A stretch of 64,000 nucleotides of DNA from Candidatus Woesebacteria bacterium (GTDB taxonomy: Bacteria; Patescibacteriota; Microgenomatia; UBA1400; UBA1396): assembly GCA_021208605.1 (NCBI GenBank), contig JAJOJK010000018.1, positions 4,780 through 68,779 of the forward strand, written 5' to 3'. The translations under genes and the position numbers were made by a program. The notes beneath the pieces are model-generated. The model was not told the DNA's origin. It ran no database searches and saw only the letters and a list, made by a program, of their open reading frames with translations. Below are positions 29,995 through 41,507 of the stretch, one piece after another. Position 1 is the stretch's first letter. Each line of letters opens with the position of its first letter.

Positions 29995-32900
29995 TTACTC
30001 CTTATCCTCAGCTTCTTCATCTTCGTCGAACGCTTCCGGTTCCTCATCCTCCTCGTAGGAGTCGTCATCAGTGTCGGGAGCGTCTTCTCCAGTCTCTTCG
30101 TCATCCAAAATGATGGTTTCGTCGTCGACAGCTGGAGCCGCTTCTTCTTCCTCTTCGGTGACTTGGGCTTCACGCATCTCGACCTGGAGACCGAGAGAGT
30201 TCAACTCACGCACCAACACGCGGAAGGATTCTGGAACGGCTGGTTCCGGAATCGGCTTGCCAGACACGATGGCTTCGAAGGCCTTCGAGCGACCAACCAC
30301 GTCGTCAGACTTGATCGTCAACATTTCTTGGAGCGTATGTGCTGCCTGGTGTGCTTCAAGAGCCCAGACTTCCATTTCTCCGAGACGCTGTCCACCCATC
30401 TGGGCTTTACCACCGAGCGGCTGCTGGGTGACCAGAGAGTACGGACCAGTAGAACGAGCGTGCGTCTTGTCCTCGACCATGTGGACGAGTTTCAAGATGT
30501 AGCCGATACCAACCACAGTCTCTTCACCACAAGCTTCACCAGTACGACCATCGTACAACTGGGCTTTACCAGATTTTGGCAAACCAGCACGATCAAGTTC
30601 GTTCCAGATCTTGTCTTCTTCGAACTCTTCAAAGACTGGGACGGCGACCTTGTACCCAAGTTCGCGAGCGGCCCAACCCAAGTGAGCTTCGAGCAGCTGA
30701 CCCATGTTCATACGAGCCAAGACGGACAGTGGAGAAATAATAATATCCACTGGAGTACCATCAGCCATGTGAGGCATGTCTTCAACTGGAACAATCTTGG
30801 AAATAACACCCTTGTTACCGTGACGACCAGCCACCTTGTCACCAATCATGATCTTACGCAGCTGAGCTACGTGCACAATCACCTTCATGTTGACACCGGT
30901 TTCGAGTTCATCACCCTTTGCGCGATCCAAAATGTTCACACCGATAACAGTTCCGGCTTCACCATTTGGCATACGCAGGGAAGTGTCACGCACTTCACGA
31001 GCCTTTTCACCAAAGATGGCGCGGAGGAGGCGTTCTTCTGCAGTCAGTTCGGTTTCGCCCTTAGGAGCGATCTTACCGACCAAGATGTCACCAGCCTGAA
31101 CTTGTGAACCAACGGCCACGATACCAGCTTCGTCGAGGTGACGAAGCTCAGCTTCGGAAACGTTTGGAATATCACGAGTGAGTTCTTCCGGTCCGAGTTT
31201 GGTATCCATGACTTGGGCTTCGTACTCACTGATGTGAACAGAGCTGAGCAAGTCATCCTTCACCAAACGGTTAGAGATAATAATGGCGTCTTCGTATCCG
31301 AGTCCATCGAAGGAAGTGTAGGCAATAACCAAGTTTTGACCGAGAGCCAACTCACCGTTTTCGGCAGCCGGACCGTCAATCAGAAGGTCACCCTTGGCGA
31401 TCTTTTGACCAACCTTCACCACCGCACGCTGACTGTAACAGGTGCTTTGTGAAGTGCGCACAAACGTACGCAAGCTGTAGGTCAAATCCTGGCCCATAAT
31501 GGATACATTCTGGGAGTGACGCTCTTCAATGTGCTTGTCAGCTAACTCGGCATCCTTCTTGCTCAAACGCAACACAATCTTCTGGGCATCAACATAGGTG
31601 ACTTCACCTGGATACTCAGCGTAAATCGTGTGGCCCATAGCCTTGGCGATATCTCGCTCCATACCGGTACCGACAACTGGAGCTTGGGCGCCAATCAGCG
31701 GAACAGCCTGACATTGCATGTGAGATCCCATGAGAGCACGGTTGGCTTCGTCATGAGAAATGAACGGAATCAAAGAAGCGGAAGTACCCACCACCTGGCG
31801 TGGCACAACGTCAATGTACTGCACTTGCTCCGCTGGACCTTCGATAAATTCGTTGGCGTGGCGCATTGGAATCCATTCCTCAGCGATGTAGCCTTTTTCA
31901 TCGATCTCGATGCTGGAGTGAGTAATGTACAAATCTTCTTCGTCATCAGCCTGGAGGTAGACGACTTCGTCAGTCACCTTCATCTTGCCGTTGTCCTCGA
32001 CGACTTTTCGATACGGAGCTTCCAAGAAACCGTACTCATTGACGCGAGCATAGAGGGAAGATAGGTCACCAAACCAATATTTGGACCTTCTGGAGAGCGG
32101 ACCGGGTCAATACGAGAGTATTGAGAGGCATTAATGTCACGCATGGAGAAAGAGGCGCGCTCACGAGTCACACCACCGGTACCCATCACAGAAAGACGAC
32201 GTAAGTTGTCGACTTCAGACAGCGGGTTGGTCTGGTCCAAAATAGCGGACAGACGGTTACGGCGGAAGAACTCGGACACAGTCGCAATCAGCGGACGAGC
32301 GTTGATCAAAGAAGCTGGAGAGAGTTCTTCAGTGGTCTTAGCGAGAGACATCTTTTCACGAATGGAACGCTCTAAACGGAGCAAACCAACGCGGAAAGCC
32401 ACAGTCTGGACGAGTTCACCAACACGGCGAACACGACGGTTAGACAAGTGGTCAATGTCATCAACTTTACCAACACCGTTTTGCAACTTAATCAAGTACT
32501 TGAAAGCGGCCACGATGTCTTCTTTGGTTAAGACAGAGTTTTCTTTGGTATTGGGAACATTCAGATCTAAGCGACGGTTCACTTTGTAGCGACCGACTTT
32601 GCTCAAGTCGTAGCGACGAGGGTTGAAGAACAAGTCCTTCAAGAGTTCTTCGGCGCTTTCCAAAACAGCTGGCTCACCTGGGCGAATCTTTTCGTAGAGC
32701 TCGATGAGGGCTTCATTTTGTGATTTAGTAGGATCTTTTTCGATCGTGTTTGCAATGTAGTGCACGTCTTCGTTGATATCGACGTCCTTGAACATTTCCA
32801 GCAGTTCTTCGTCAGAAGCGTAACCAAGGGCACGCAGCAAGACGGTAGCTGGCACTTTGCGATGACGGTCAATCTTGACAGTCAAGATGTCGCGACGACT

Positions 32901-33413
32901 GGTAGCGACTTCAAGCCAAGAACCACGCATTGGACGAAGTTCGGCTCGGTACAACATACGACCCGTACGTGGATCGCTTTCACCAGAGAAGAAGATACCA
33001 GGGGAACGAACCAACTGGTTCACCACACAACGATCGACACCGTTGATCACGAAGGTACCGGTTTCAGTCATCAAAGGCAAGTCAGCCATGAAAACTTCTT
33101 GGACGTTGGTTTCTTCGGTGCGGAGGTTAGTGAGTTTTACTTCTGTGCGTAAAGGAGCATCGTAGGTCAAACCTTTTCGACGAGCTTCTTCTGGAGTCAG
33201 TTTGGGAGTTCCCAAAAAGTGGTTTCCGAACTCGAGTTTCCAGTTTTTCCCGGTAAAGTCGAGGATACCGCCGTTTTCGTTAATTTCGGCAAAAGCTTCT
33301 TGGACACCGTTGTCCAAGAAATCTTGGTAGGATTCCGTTTGTACTTGAATAAGGTCAACTTCAGGAAGAACGTTCTCAACGCTTCCCCAGTTCTGACGTG
33401 CTGGCTTGCTCAT
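29995..33413 (-). CDS. rpoB: DNA-directed RNA polymerase subunit beta, interrupted by an apparent -1 frameshift near 32064-32066
   Basis: Track ORFs 31980..33413 and 29995..32025. With a -1 shift after GPNIGLV(T) the sequence reads ...LSSLYARVNEYGFLEAPYRKVVEDNGKM..., matching E. coli [29 protein letters not shown]. Restoring one A (gtgAacc) would give the conserved Asn. Confidence 0.85.
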
Positions 33414-34014
33414 AACCCATTGTCCTTTACTGTTTTCGGTTTTTTTCGTTTATTTCTGAGGCTCTCACCTCAGGGATGACGCTTGCTGTCACCAAGAGCG
33501 TTTCCTCCGTGGCATGTGTATATAAAGAAAGACGCAAAAATTCACCTGCTCCTCAACAGAGAGGTGAAAATGTATTCATTTTTTAGCGACTTTGGTTATA
33601 TACGGACAATGTTTCTCCAGAAACGTGGCTTGCGTTACGAACGTGCATTGTATCGCACAATAGGCATAATCTCAACATACAGTTTTAGCGGTTTCAAAAG
33701 AAGCATTTTTCTTCACCAGTGCAGATATTCTTTCTCATAAAAAAGTCCTCGTTTACAGTTTGGGCTTATGGATCGGAAAAATACAATGGAAGTATTATCG
33801 AATCATTTTCTTCGGTCATTAGGTGGTCCTATCGCGACGAGAGAAAAATGAAAATTATCAAACAAGGAGTCATCTTTCGCATGTTGGGCTTATGGATCCG
33901 AGAGATAAATGTGGAAATGGATTGACGAGGATCCATACGAGTCCCGCCCGGGGAAGCTTCTCTTGTGAAGCAACCAAGAGGCGGGACGTCCAACTTGCGA
34001 AGGATGACTCCGAC
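33414..34014. other. ~600-bp non-coding gap between groEL and rpoB with internal direct repeats and hairpins
   Basis: No credible ORF. A ~30-nt motif GGGCTTATGGATC(G/C)GA(A/G)A(A/G)ATA(C)AATG(G)GAA occurs twice (~33757 and ~33881). There is an ATGGATCCGAG...CGAGGATCCAT hairpin and a GTCCCGCC...GGCGGGAC hairpin after the groEL stop. rplK/A/J/L, nusG and secE are not present upstream of rpoB. Confidence 0.4.
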
Positions 34015-35986
<1,972 letters not shown>

Positions 35987-36011
35987 GCGACCTCCTTGTT
36001 TTTGTACTGTT

Positions 36012-36066
36012 TTATCAGTGATGTGTGATAAGCGCTAATATAAAAAGACTGCTAAGGTTTCGTCAA
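36012..36066 (-). promoter_or_regulatory. groESL promoter (-35 TTGACG / -10 TATATT) with overlapping inverted repeats (degenerate CIRCE-like half-sites and a TTATCA-N8-TGATAA palindrome)
   Basis: Minus strand TTGACGaaaccTTAGCAGTCtttttaTATATTAGCGCTTATCACACATCACTGATAAaacagtacaaaaacAAGGAGGtcgcATG. The TTAGCAGTC...TAGCGCTTA pair is 1 and 3 mismatches from the CIRCE halves TTAGCACTC-N9-GAGTGCTAA. Confidence 0.45.
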
Positions 36067-36157
36067 GGGGGAGTTGCGTCCTATAAAGCTCGACAGAGAT
36101 CTTCTCTGGGAATACAATATCAGAAAATATCAAATGTTACCAATTTGAGAAACATAC

Positions 36158-36640
36158 ATGAAAAAAAACAAACATCACGATGCTGAAGTTCGCGCCGCAG
36201 TGAGGAGAGTTGCTCAGGAAACAAAAAAAATTCACCTTACCGGCGATAATAACCTCTCGACAGACGCATATATTGAAGGAAGCAAATGGGCGCTGTCTCC
36301 AGAAGTGCAAGCACACTTTGAAGCCATGAACTCAAATAATTTTCTCACGGTTATCACCACTGTCACGCTGTATGACAAAACTGGAAAATCAGGCCATCTG
36401 GACTACCTCACACCAACTGGATTTCAAGGTGTATTTCGGTTTGAGCTCGATATGTATCCAGAAGTTTATCCAGGGATAGAACACTTTCAGGTCGGGGAAG
36501 TTATTCGACTGACGCTCCGCTCTTCAAAAATTCGTCGTGTCGAAAAGGTAGCAATGACAGCAGAGGAAACGGAAGCTCTGATGGCATTTCTGGAAATAAA
36601 GTTTCGCGCTCGTCGCGAAAAACAAAAGCGGAATAGGTAA
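36158..36640 (+). CDS. hypothetical protein (160 aa)
   Basis: ORF with no recognisable motif; Lys/Arg-rich ends; sits in a small non-conserved islet next to tRNA-Cys. Confidence 0.5.
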   Translation: MKKNKHHDAEVRAAVRRVAQETKKIHLTGDNNLSTDAYIEGSKWALSPEVQAHFEAMNSNNFLTVITTVTLYDKTGKSGHLDYLTPTGFQGVFRFELDMYPEVYPGIEHFQVGEVIRLTLRSSKIRRVEKVAMTAEETEALMAFLEIKFRARREKQKRNR

Positions 36641-36652
36641 GACAGGTTATGG

Positions 36653-36877
36653 CTATCGAATAACTCGATACTCAACCGGACACCCAGACCAAACAGTCGG
36701 TAAACCATGCATTTCAGTCAGATGATGAGATAGGTAGATATATACAGTGCGCGATTCACTGGCGGCAGGCCATTCACTCACAGCATACTTAAAAACATCT
36801 TTTGTCCGTTGATTAGCTCGCAAGTTTTTTTCCAAAGTAACTAAGTTTACTGGGCGTTCTGACATTTTTCTTTCCAA
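36653..36877 (-). CDS. hypothetical protein (74 aa)
   Basis: Short ORF convergent with the previous one; no recognisable motif. Confidence 0.35.
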   Translation of the reverse strand: MERKMSERPVNLVTLEKNLRANQRTKDVFKYAVSEWPAASESRTVYIYLSHHLTEMHGLPTVWSGCPVEYRVIR

Positions 36878-36944
36878 TATTATTATTGAGCGATTGTATC
36901 AGTAAAAACAATGAATACAAGACTATAAAGAAAAATACTGCATC

Positions 36945-37045
36945 GATTCGGTGGGGCGGGATTTCCCCGCTTCGGCTACGGCTCCGAAAATCACACCGTG
37001 GTGCCAATACGTATCGGTGGGCGGGATTCACGACTCGCTCCTTCG
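36945..37045. repeat. two degenerate copies of the tRNA-Cys 3' end (T-arm/acceptor) region
   Basis: Plus strand GGTGGGGCGGGATTTCCCCGC (~36950) and GGTGGGCGGGATTCACGACTCGC (~37017) resemble the tRNA gene's CCACGGGCGGGATTCGAACCCGC (37166-37188). Confidence 0.4.
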
Positions 37046-37122
37046 TCGCTCCCTGCACTAGGGTTGTTCGCTACGCTCACCCCGTCGCGAACCCGGCGAC
37101 TCCTCAACTCCACCCATGCATA

Positions 37123-37160
37123 TAAAAAAGGCGAGCACATACTGTGCTCGCCTTTTTTAT
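37123..37160. terminator. bidirectional rho-independent terminator (AAAAAAGGCGAGCACA-TACT-GTGCTCGCCTTTTTT)
   Basis: Perfect 11-bp stem flanked by A6 and T6 runs, directly 3' of tRNA-Cys on the minus strand. Confidence 0.7.
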
Positions 37161-37162
37161 TG

Positions 37163-37237
37163 AGCCACGGGCGGGATTCGAACCCGCGAATCGAAGGTTT
37201 TGCAGACCTCGCCATTAGACCTCTCTGGTACCGTGGC
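37163..37237 (-). tRNA. tRNA-Cys (anticodon GCA)
   Basis: Minus strand GCCACGG-TA-CCA-GAGAGGTCTAA-TGG-C-GAGGT-CTGCAAA-ACCTT-CGATTC-GCGGG-TTCGAAT-CCCGC-CCGTGGC-T. Seven-bp acceptor stem, T-arm with TTCGAAT loop, anticodon loop CU-GCA-AA; CCA is not encoded. Confidence 0.8.
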
Positions 37238-37289
37238 ATACTCCTTGGCAGAGTGGGCATCATTATACCCTAGAGGAGAATGCGCGTAA

Positions 37290-38093
37290 TCAGGTATTTT
37301 GGGCGAGAAGGTGGTCGACAAACTGGGCGATGCCGTCGTCGTCGGTGTCTTCGATCGTGAAATCGGCGATCGCTTTGAGTTCAGGAATGGCATTGCCCAT
37401 GGCGACTCCGGTGCCCACATACTCCAAGACTTCGAGATCGTTTTCACTGTCGCCAAAAGCTGCGGTTTCCGCCAGATCCACACCGACTGCTTTCGCCCAG
37501 GCTTGAGCCCCTTCACGCTTGGTAATGCCAATTGGCGTCACATCGTAGTACGGCATGCCGAGAGAGTTGGTCATCGACTTAACCTCTACATCCTCGAGCG
37601 ATTCCATGTAGGCATGGACTGACTCGTTGAGTGAACCGATGGTCAACAACGGAGTAGTCCAGTCTTCGAGCTCATAGACATCAATCGTCTCGACTGGCCA
37701 GCGCTGTGTTCGCTTGTACTCCAAGACATTGGGTGTTCCGGCATACAGCGTGCGCTGGCTAAAACCAAAGTCCGCGCCAAGAGCATGCACTTTTTCGGCG
37801 ATTGTGTGCACGAGTTCACTTGGCAAAACTTTTTCCCACACCACTTCACCGGACATACGGACTACCTGCGCACCACCCGAGGTAATATGGATACTGTCAT
37901 CAGGAAAGAGCGGTAAAATCGCTTGCTTCAGCTCAGCGTAACTCCGGCCGGTGCAGACCGCTATTTCGTAGCCAGCAGCGGCGAGTTTTTTCAGCGCTGC
38001 TCGGGTGACCGGGCGAATTTCCCCTTTGCTATCGGACAGTGTCCGATCCACATCAAACAAACACGCTTTCGGAAAGTGTGACAAATCTTGCAA
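37290..38093 (-). CDS. HAD-superfamily (Cof-type, IIB) hydrolase
   Basis: 267 aa; N-terminal FDVDRTL (DxDxT), an internal cap, and C-terminal GDSENDLEVL motif. Confidence 0.8.
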   Translation of the reverse strand: MQDLSHFPKACLFDVDRTLSDSKGEIRPVTRAALKKLAAAGYEIAVCTGRSYAELKQAILPLFPDDSIHITSGGAQVVRMSGEVVWEKVLPSELVHTIAEKVHALGADFGFSQRTLYAGTPNVLEYKRTQRWPVETIDVYELEDWTTPLLTIGSLNESVHAYMESLEDVEVKSMTNSLGMPYYDVTPIGITKREGAQAWAKAVGVDLAETAAFGDSENDLEVLEYVGTGVAMGNAIPELKAIADFTIEDTDDDGIAQFVDHLLAQNT

Positions 38094-38101
38094 AATACTC
38101 C

Positions 38102-39253
38102 TTACTGATCTTTTTGGAGAATGTTCGACTGAATCGAGTGCATCAACTGATGCTTCTCGGCATGCGCGGCTTCGGCGTGGTTCACTAAGTGCTGCACCAA
38201 TTCGCTGTAGGATTTCCCGGTAGCTTCCCAGAGGTAATAGGCCATGGAACCTGGCGGGGCATTTACTTCTCCTACCCAGATTTCTTCGCTGGAGGGATTG
38301 GCAAAGAAGTCAATTCTTGCTACGCCCTTGCCGTTGAGCAGTTTCCAAATTTGGCGAGTAGTGTCATGTAATTTTTCTTCCAAATCTGGCGAAATTGGGG
38401 CCGGAATTCGGCGCGACAAACTGGCCATACCTTTAGTGCCACCTTTTTTCCCGCCGCCTCGCTCATATTTATCGGCGTAGCTCAGGAACTCATCAGTTTG
38501 AATTGGTTGCTCAGTGGTAGAAACTTCGGTAGAGTCACCGGTGCCAATCACGGACACGTTGACTTCAATACAGTCACGGGCCGCTTCTTCCACAATAAGA
38601 CGGGTATCAAACTCAGCTGCCAGATCAATAGCGTTGCGGAGTTCTTGTTCGTTAGCCGCGCGCGTCACGCCAACGCTTGAACCGAGCGTAGCTGGCTTTA
38701 CAAACAACGGGTACTCCAGGCTAGTTTCCACTCGCTCGAGCATCTCTTTGCGCGTTTCCAGCCATTCCTGGCGGGTAAACCAGACATATTTGGTGACCGG
38801 CACTCCGGCCGCTTCCATCACGTGCTTGAACACCAGCTTGTCGATCGACACCGCCGCCGCCACTACTCCTGGTGCGGCAAAAGGAATATCGGCCAACTCA
38901 AACAAACCAGCCAGCGTGCCATCCTCGCCATGACCACCGTGCGTACAAAAGATCGCTACGTCGATGCCGTGCTCTTCTGTAGGATCCGGCGAAAACTGAA
39001 TGCGGTGCAAGGCATCCGTTGTTTCGGCGGGATTCATGAGGTCGAGGGTTTTGTAAAAATTGATGTCGAGTAACTCTGAACCCGTCCACCATCGACCCTG
39101 TTTGTCGATATAGAGTGGTACGACTTCAAATTCATCGGTCGGCACATGCTGCATCATCTGGACAGCCGTAATAATGGACACTTCGTGTTCCACCGAGCGG
39201 GAGCCAAAAACGACTCCGAGGCGTTTTTTGTGAGCAGGTGTCTTGCTAGTCAT
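38102..39253 (-). CDS. ddl: D-alanine--D-alanine ligase
   Basis: 383 aa ATP-grasp; N-terminal GVVFGSRSVEHEVS and Ddl C-terminal motifs. Confidence 0.88.
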   Translation of the reverse strand: MTSKTPAHKKRLGVVFGSRSVEHEVSIITAVQMMQHVPTDEFEVVPLYIDKQGRWWTGSELLDINFYKTLDLMNPAETTDALHRIQFSPDPTEEHGIDVAIFCTHGGHGEDGTLAGLFELADIPFAAPGVVAAAVSIDKLVFKHVMEAAGVPVTKYVWFTRQEWLETRKEMLERVETSLEYPLFVKPATLGSSVGVTRAANEQELRNAIDLAAEFDTRLIVEEAARDCIEVNVSVIGTGDSTEVSTTEQPIQTDEFLSYADKYERGGGKKGGTKGMASLSRRIPAPISPDLEEKLHDTTRQIWKLLNGKGVARIDFFANPSSEEIWVGEVNAPPGSMAYYLWEATGKSYSELVQHLVNHAEAAHAEKHQLMHSIQSNILQKDQ

Positions 39254-39353
39254 GTCGGTCTCACTTTCTGTATCTCGTTGAGTCAGTATAGCACTGTGTG
39301 ATACGCTGAGATCTCAGGGACCGTCCCTTAGGCCTATAACCAGGAAGGATCGC

Positions 39354-40279
39354 ATGTCACATCGCAGCATTTTCAAAGTCGCCATCGTCGGCTGTGGTCG
39401 TGTTGGAATGACGGCCGCCTACTCCATCATCACGAGTGGCTTGGCTACTGACTTGGTTTTAGTAGGCCGCGACAAAGCCAAACTCGAAGGCGAAAAACTC
39501 GACCTCGAACACGCTCTCCCCTTTTACCAGACGTCAATATTGTCGCGACCGATGACTACGCCGACCTCCAAGGCACCGATGTCGTCATCTTTGCCGCCGG
39601 CGCCGCCCAAGAACCAGGCGAAACACGCCTCGATCTGGCCAAAAAGAACCTTGCGCTCGTGGATGCTCTCGTCCCCAAAATCCTCGAACACGCTCCGCAC
39701 ACCGTCCTCTTGATGGTCACCAACCCGGTCGATGTGCTCACGAATCGCGCCAACGAAATTTCTGGCAAATATAATGGCAGAGTTTTTGGATCGGGCACGC
39801 TCCTCGACACCGCTCGCTTCCGCTTCTACCTTTCCGAATTTTTAGACGTCAACCCAAGGAGTATCCACACCTACATTTTGGGTGAACATGGCGACTCTTC
39901 TTTTCCTGCTCTGTCTGGAGCCACTCTCGGCGGTGCAAAACTAACGGAGCTCCCAGCTTTCTCGCACGAAAAAGCCATGCAGTCATTTGAACAGGCTCGG
40001 AGTGCCGCCTATCGCATCATTGAAGGCAAAGGCGCCACGTACTACGCCATAGGGACCGTCCTTACGCAGATAGTGAAATCCATTCAGCGCGACGCCCGTA
40101 CCGTTATGCCGGTTTCACACCCCCTAAAAGATTTTTATGGCGTCAGCGACGTCTCTTTGAGCGTGCCCTGTATTATTGGTCGACGGGGTATCGAGAAAGT
40201 CATGCCTGTTCAACTGGATGAAGCCGAAATCGAACAGCTCCATGCCTCAGCTGAGGCCGTGCGTGCCTATCAACAATAA
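39354..40279 (+). CDS. ldh: L-lactate dehydrogenase, interrupted by an apparent -1 frameshift near 39528-39531
   Basis: Track ORFs 39354..39713 (KVAIVGCGRVGMTAAY... Rossmann) and 39659..40279 (...MVTNPVDVLT...GSGTLLDTARFRFYL...). The third frame in between reads DVNIVATDDYADLQGTDVVIFAAGAAQEPGETRLDLAKKNL (Gln before the EPG, which is LDH-type rather than MDH-type). Continuity needs one extra base after ...ALPFYQ. Confidence 0.8.
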
Positions 40280-40333
40280 CTGCACAATATGTGTATACTA
40301 TAAAGAACGAAAAAGAAATTACTTGGAGGAAAT

Positions 40334-40657
40334 ATGTTTCGCTCACCGTTAGTTCTGCCCCTAACGCTCATCTTTGCCGGCGTGTTGGCTTTTATGGCCA
40401 CCACAGGTGTTTTGCCACCCACCGTGCTGCGCTTTTGGCCGATTGTCTTTGTTATTCTCGGTTTAGTCGGTTTGGTCTCACTCAGTTCTGAGGAGTTAAC
40501 TGGCCAAACAACCACGACCAGCAAGAAAACTTCCAGCTCCAGCAGCGCTTCCAAATCTGCTCCAGCCAAGAAATCTGCTGCAAAGACAGCTTCTAAGAGC
40601 ACCTCGAGCAAGAGCAAATCTTCCAGCAAGAAGAAAACCACTTCTAAGAAGAAATAA
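40334..40657 (+). CDS. small membrane protein with Ser/Lys/Thr-rich C-terminal tail (107 aa)
   Basis: Two hydrophobic segments, then TTTTSKKTSSSSSASKSAPAKKSAAKTASKSTSSKSKSSSKKKTTSKKK. Confidence 0.5.
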   Translation: MFRSPLVLPLTLIFAGVLAFMATTGVLPPTVLRFWPIVFVILGLVGLVSLSSEELTGQTTTTSKKTSSSSSASKSAPAKKSAAKTASKSTSSKSKSSSKKKTTSKKK

Positions 40658-40663
40658 ACTCTC

Positions 40664-41368
40664 ATGCCAGAATCTTTTCAAATTGCAATTGATGGCCCAG
40701 TGGCGGTCGGGAAAAGCACTATCGCGCGAATTCTGGCGCAGCGATTAGGATTCCTCTACGTCGATACCGGTGCAATGTATCGCGCCACTGGCCTCTTAGC
40801 TTTACGCGAAGGGGTAGATGTTGAAGACGGTGAAGCCGTCGCCACACTCCTTCGTACACACAACATTACACTCGCCACTCCGCAAGGCCAGCAAAATGAT
40901 GGTCGAAAAATCACAGTGTATCTCGATGACGAAGACGTTTCCTGGGAAATCCGCACTGAAAAAGTCAGCACGGCTTCTTCGAAAGTTTCCCAACATGCCG
41001 TGGTTCGCCAGCAACTGGTCCCCCTTCAACAGGAAATTGCCAGCAAACAAAACGTCGTCATGGAAGGTCGCGACATTACCTTTCGTGTTCTGCCAGATGC
41101 CCAGCTCAAGATCTTCTTAACCGCCAGCGAAGAGAAACGCGCGGGTTGGCGTCACCAAGAAGTGATGGCGCGTGGTGAAGATATTTCCCTGGAGCAGATC
41201 AAGAAAGATCTGAAAGAGCGCGATGACCGCGACATGAATCGCGATGTTGATCCACTCCATGTTACTGACGACGCCTGGATGTTTGATCGTTCCGACTTCA
41301 CACTCGACGAAGCGATTGACGAGATCGAAACACGCGCGAGGAAACTATGGCACAAAAACGAAACGTAA
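40664..41368 (+). CDS. cmk: cytidylate kinase
   Basis: 234 aa; IAIDGPVAVGKSTIAR P-loop and CMP-kinase family sequence. Confidence 0.9.
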   Translation: MPESFQIAIDGPVAVGKSTIARILAQRLGFLYVDTGAMYRATGLLALREGVDVEDGEAVATLLRTHNITLATPQGQQNDGRKITVYLDDEDVSWEIRTEKVSTASSKVSQHAVVRQQLVPLQQEIASKQNVVMEGRDITFRVLPDAQLKIFLTASEEKRAGWRHQEVMARGEDISLEQIKKDLKERDDRDMNRDVDPLHVTDDAWMFDRSDFTLDEAIDEIETRARKLWHKNET

Positions 41369-41507
41369 AGCCCAAAGAAGAACGTCGCAAACGTGGACGT
41401 TGGGTACTGCCTGTTCTGTTAGCCGTGAGCGTTTTGGCTTCACTCTATTTCTGGTTTTTAGGCTAATTTTTTAATTCACTTCACGAAAAATGCAGAATCG
41501 CGCCTCA

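Noticed and set aside
33414-34014. tmRNA, RNase P RNA or SRP RNA in the 600-bp gap
   Set aside because: None of the invariant motifs (tmRNA GGGG...tRNA-like end with TTCGATTCC; RNase P GNAANNAGGGCAGGNAA / AGGAAAGTCCGG; SRP domain IV GGAA-loop helix) are present. The region is AT-rich, unlike these structured RNAs. GGATTGACGAGG resembles the tmRNA 5' motif only superficially.
36940-37120. A second complete tRNA gene next to tRNA-Cys
   Set aside because: The two GGGCGGGATT-containing segments cannot be folded into a cloverleaf (no 7-nt T-loop, no acceptor partner), so they are called fragments/repeats only.
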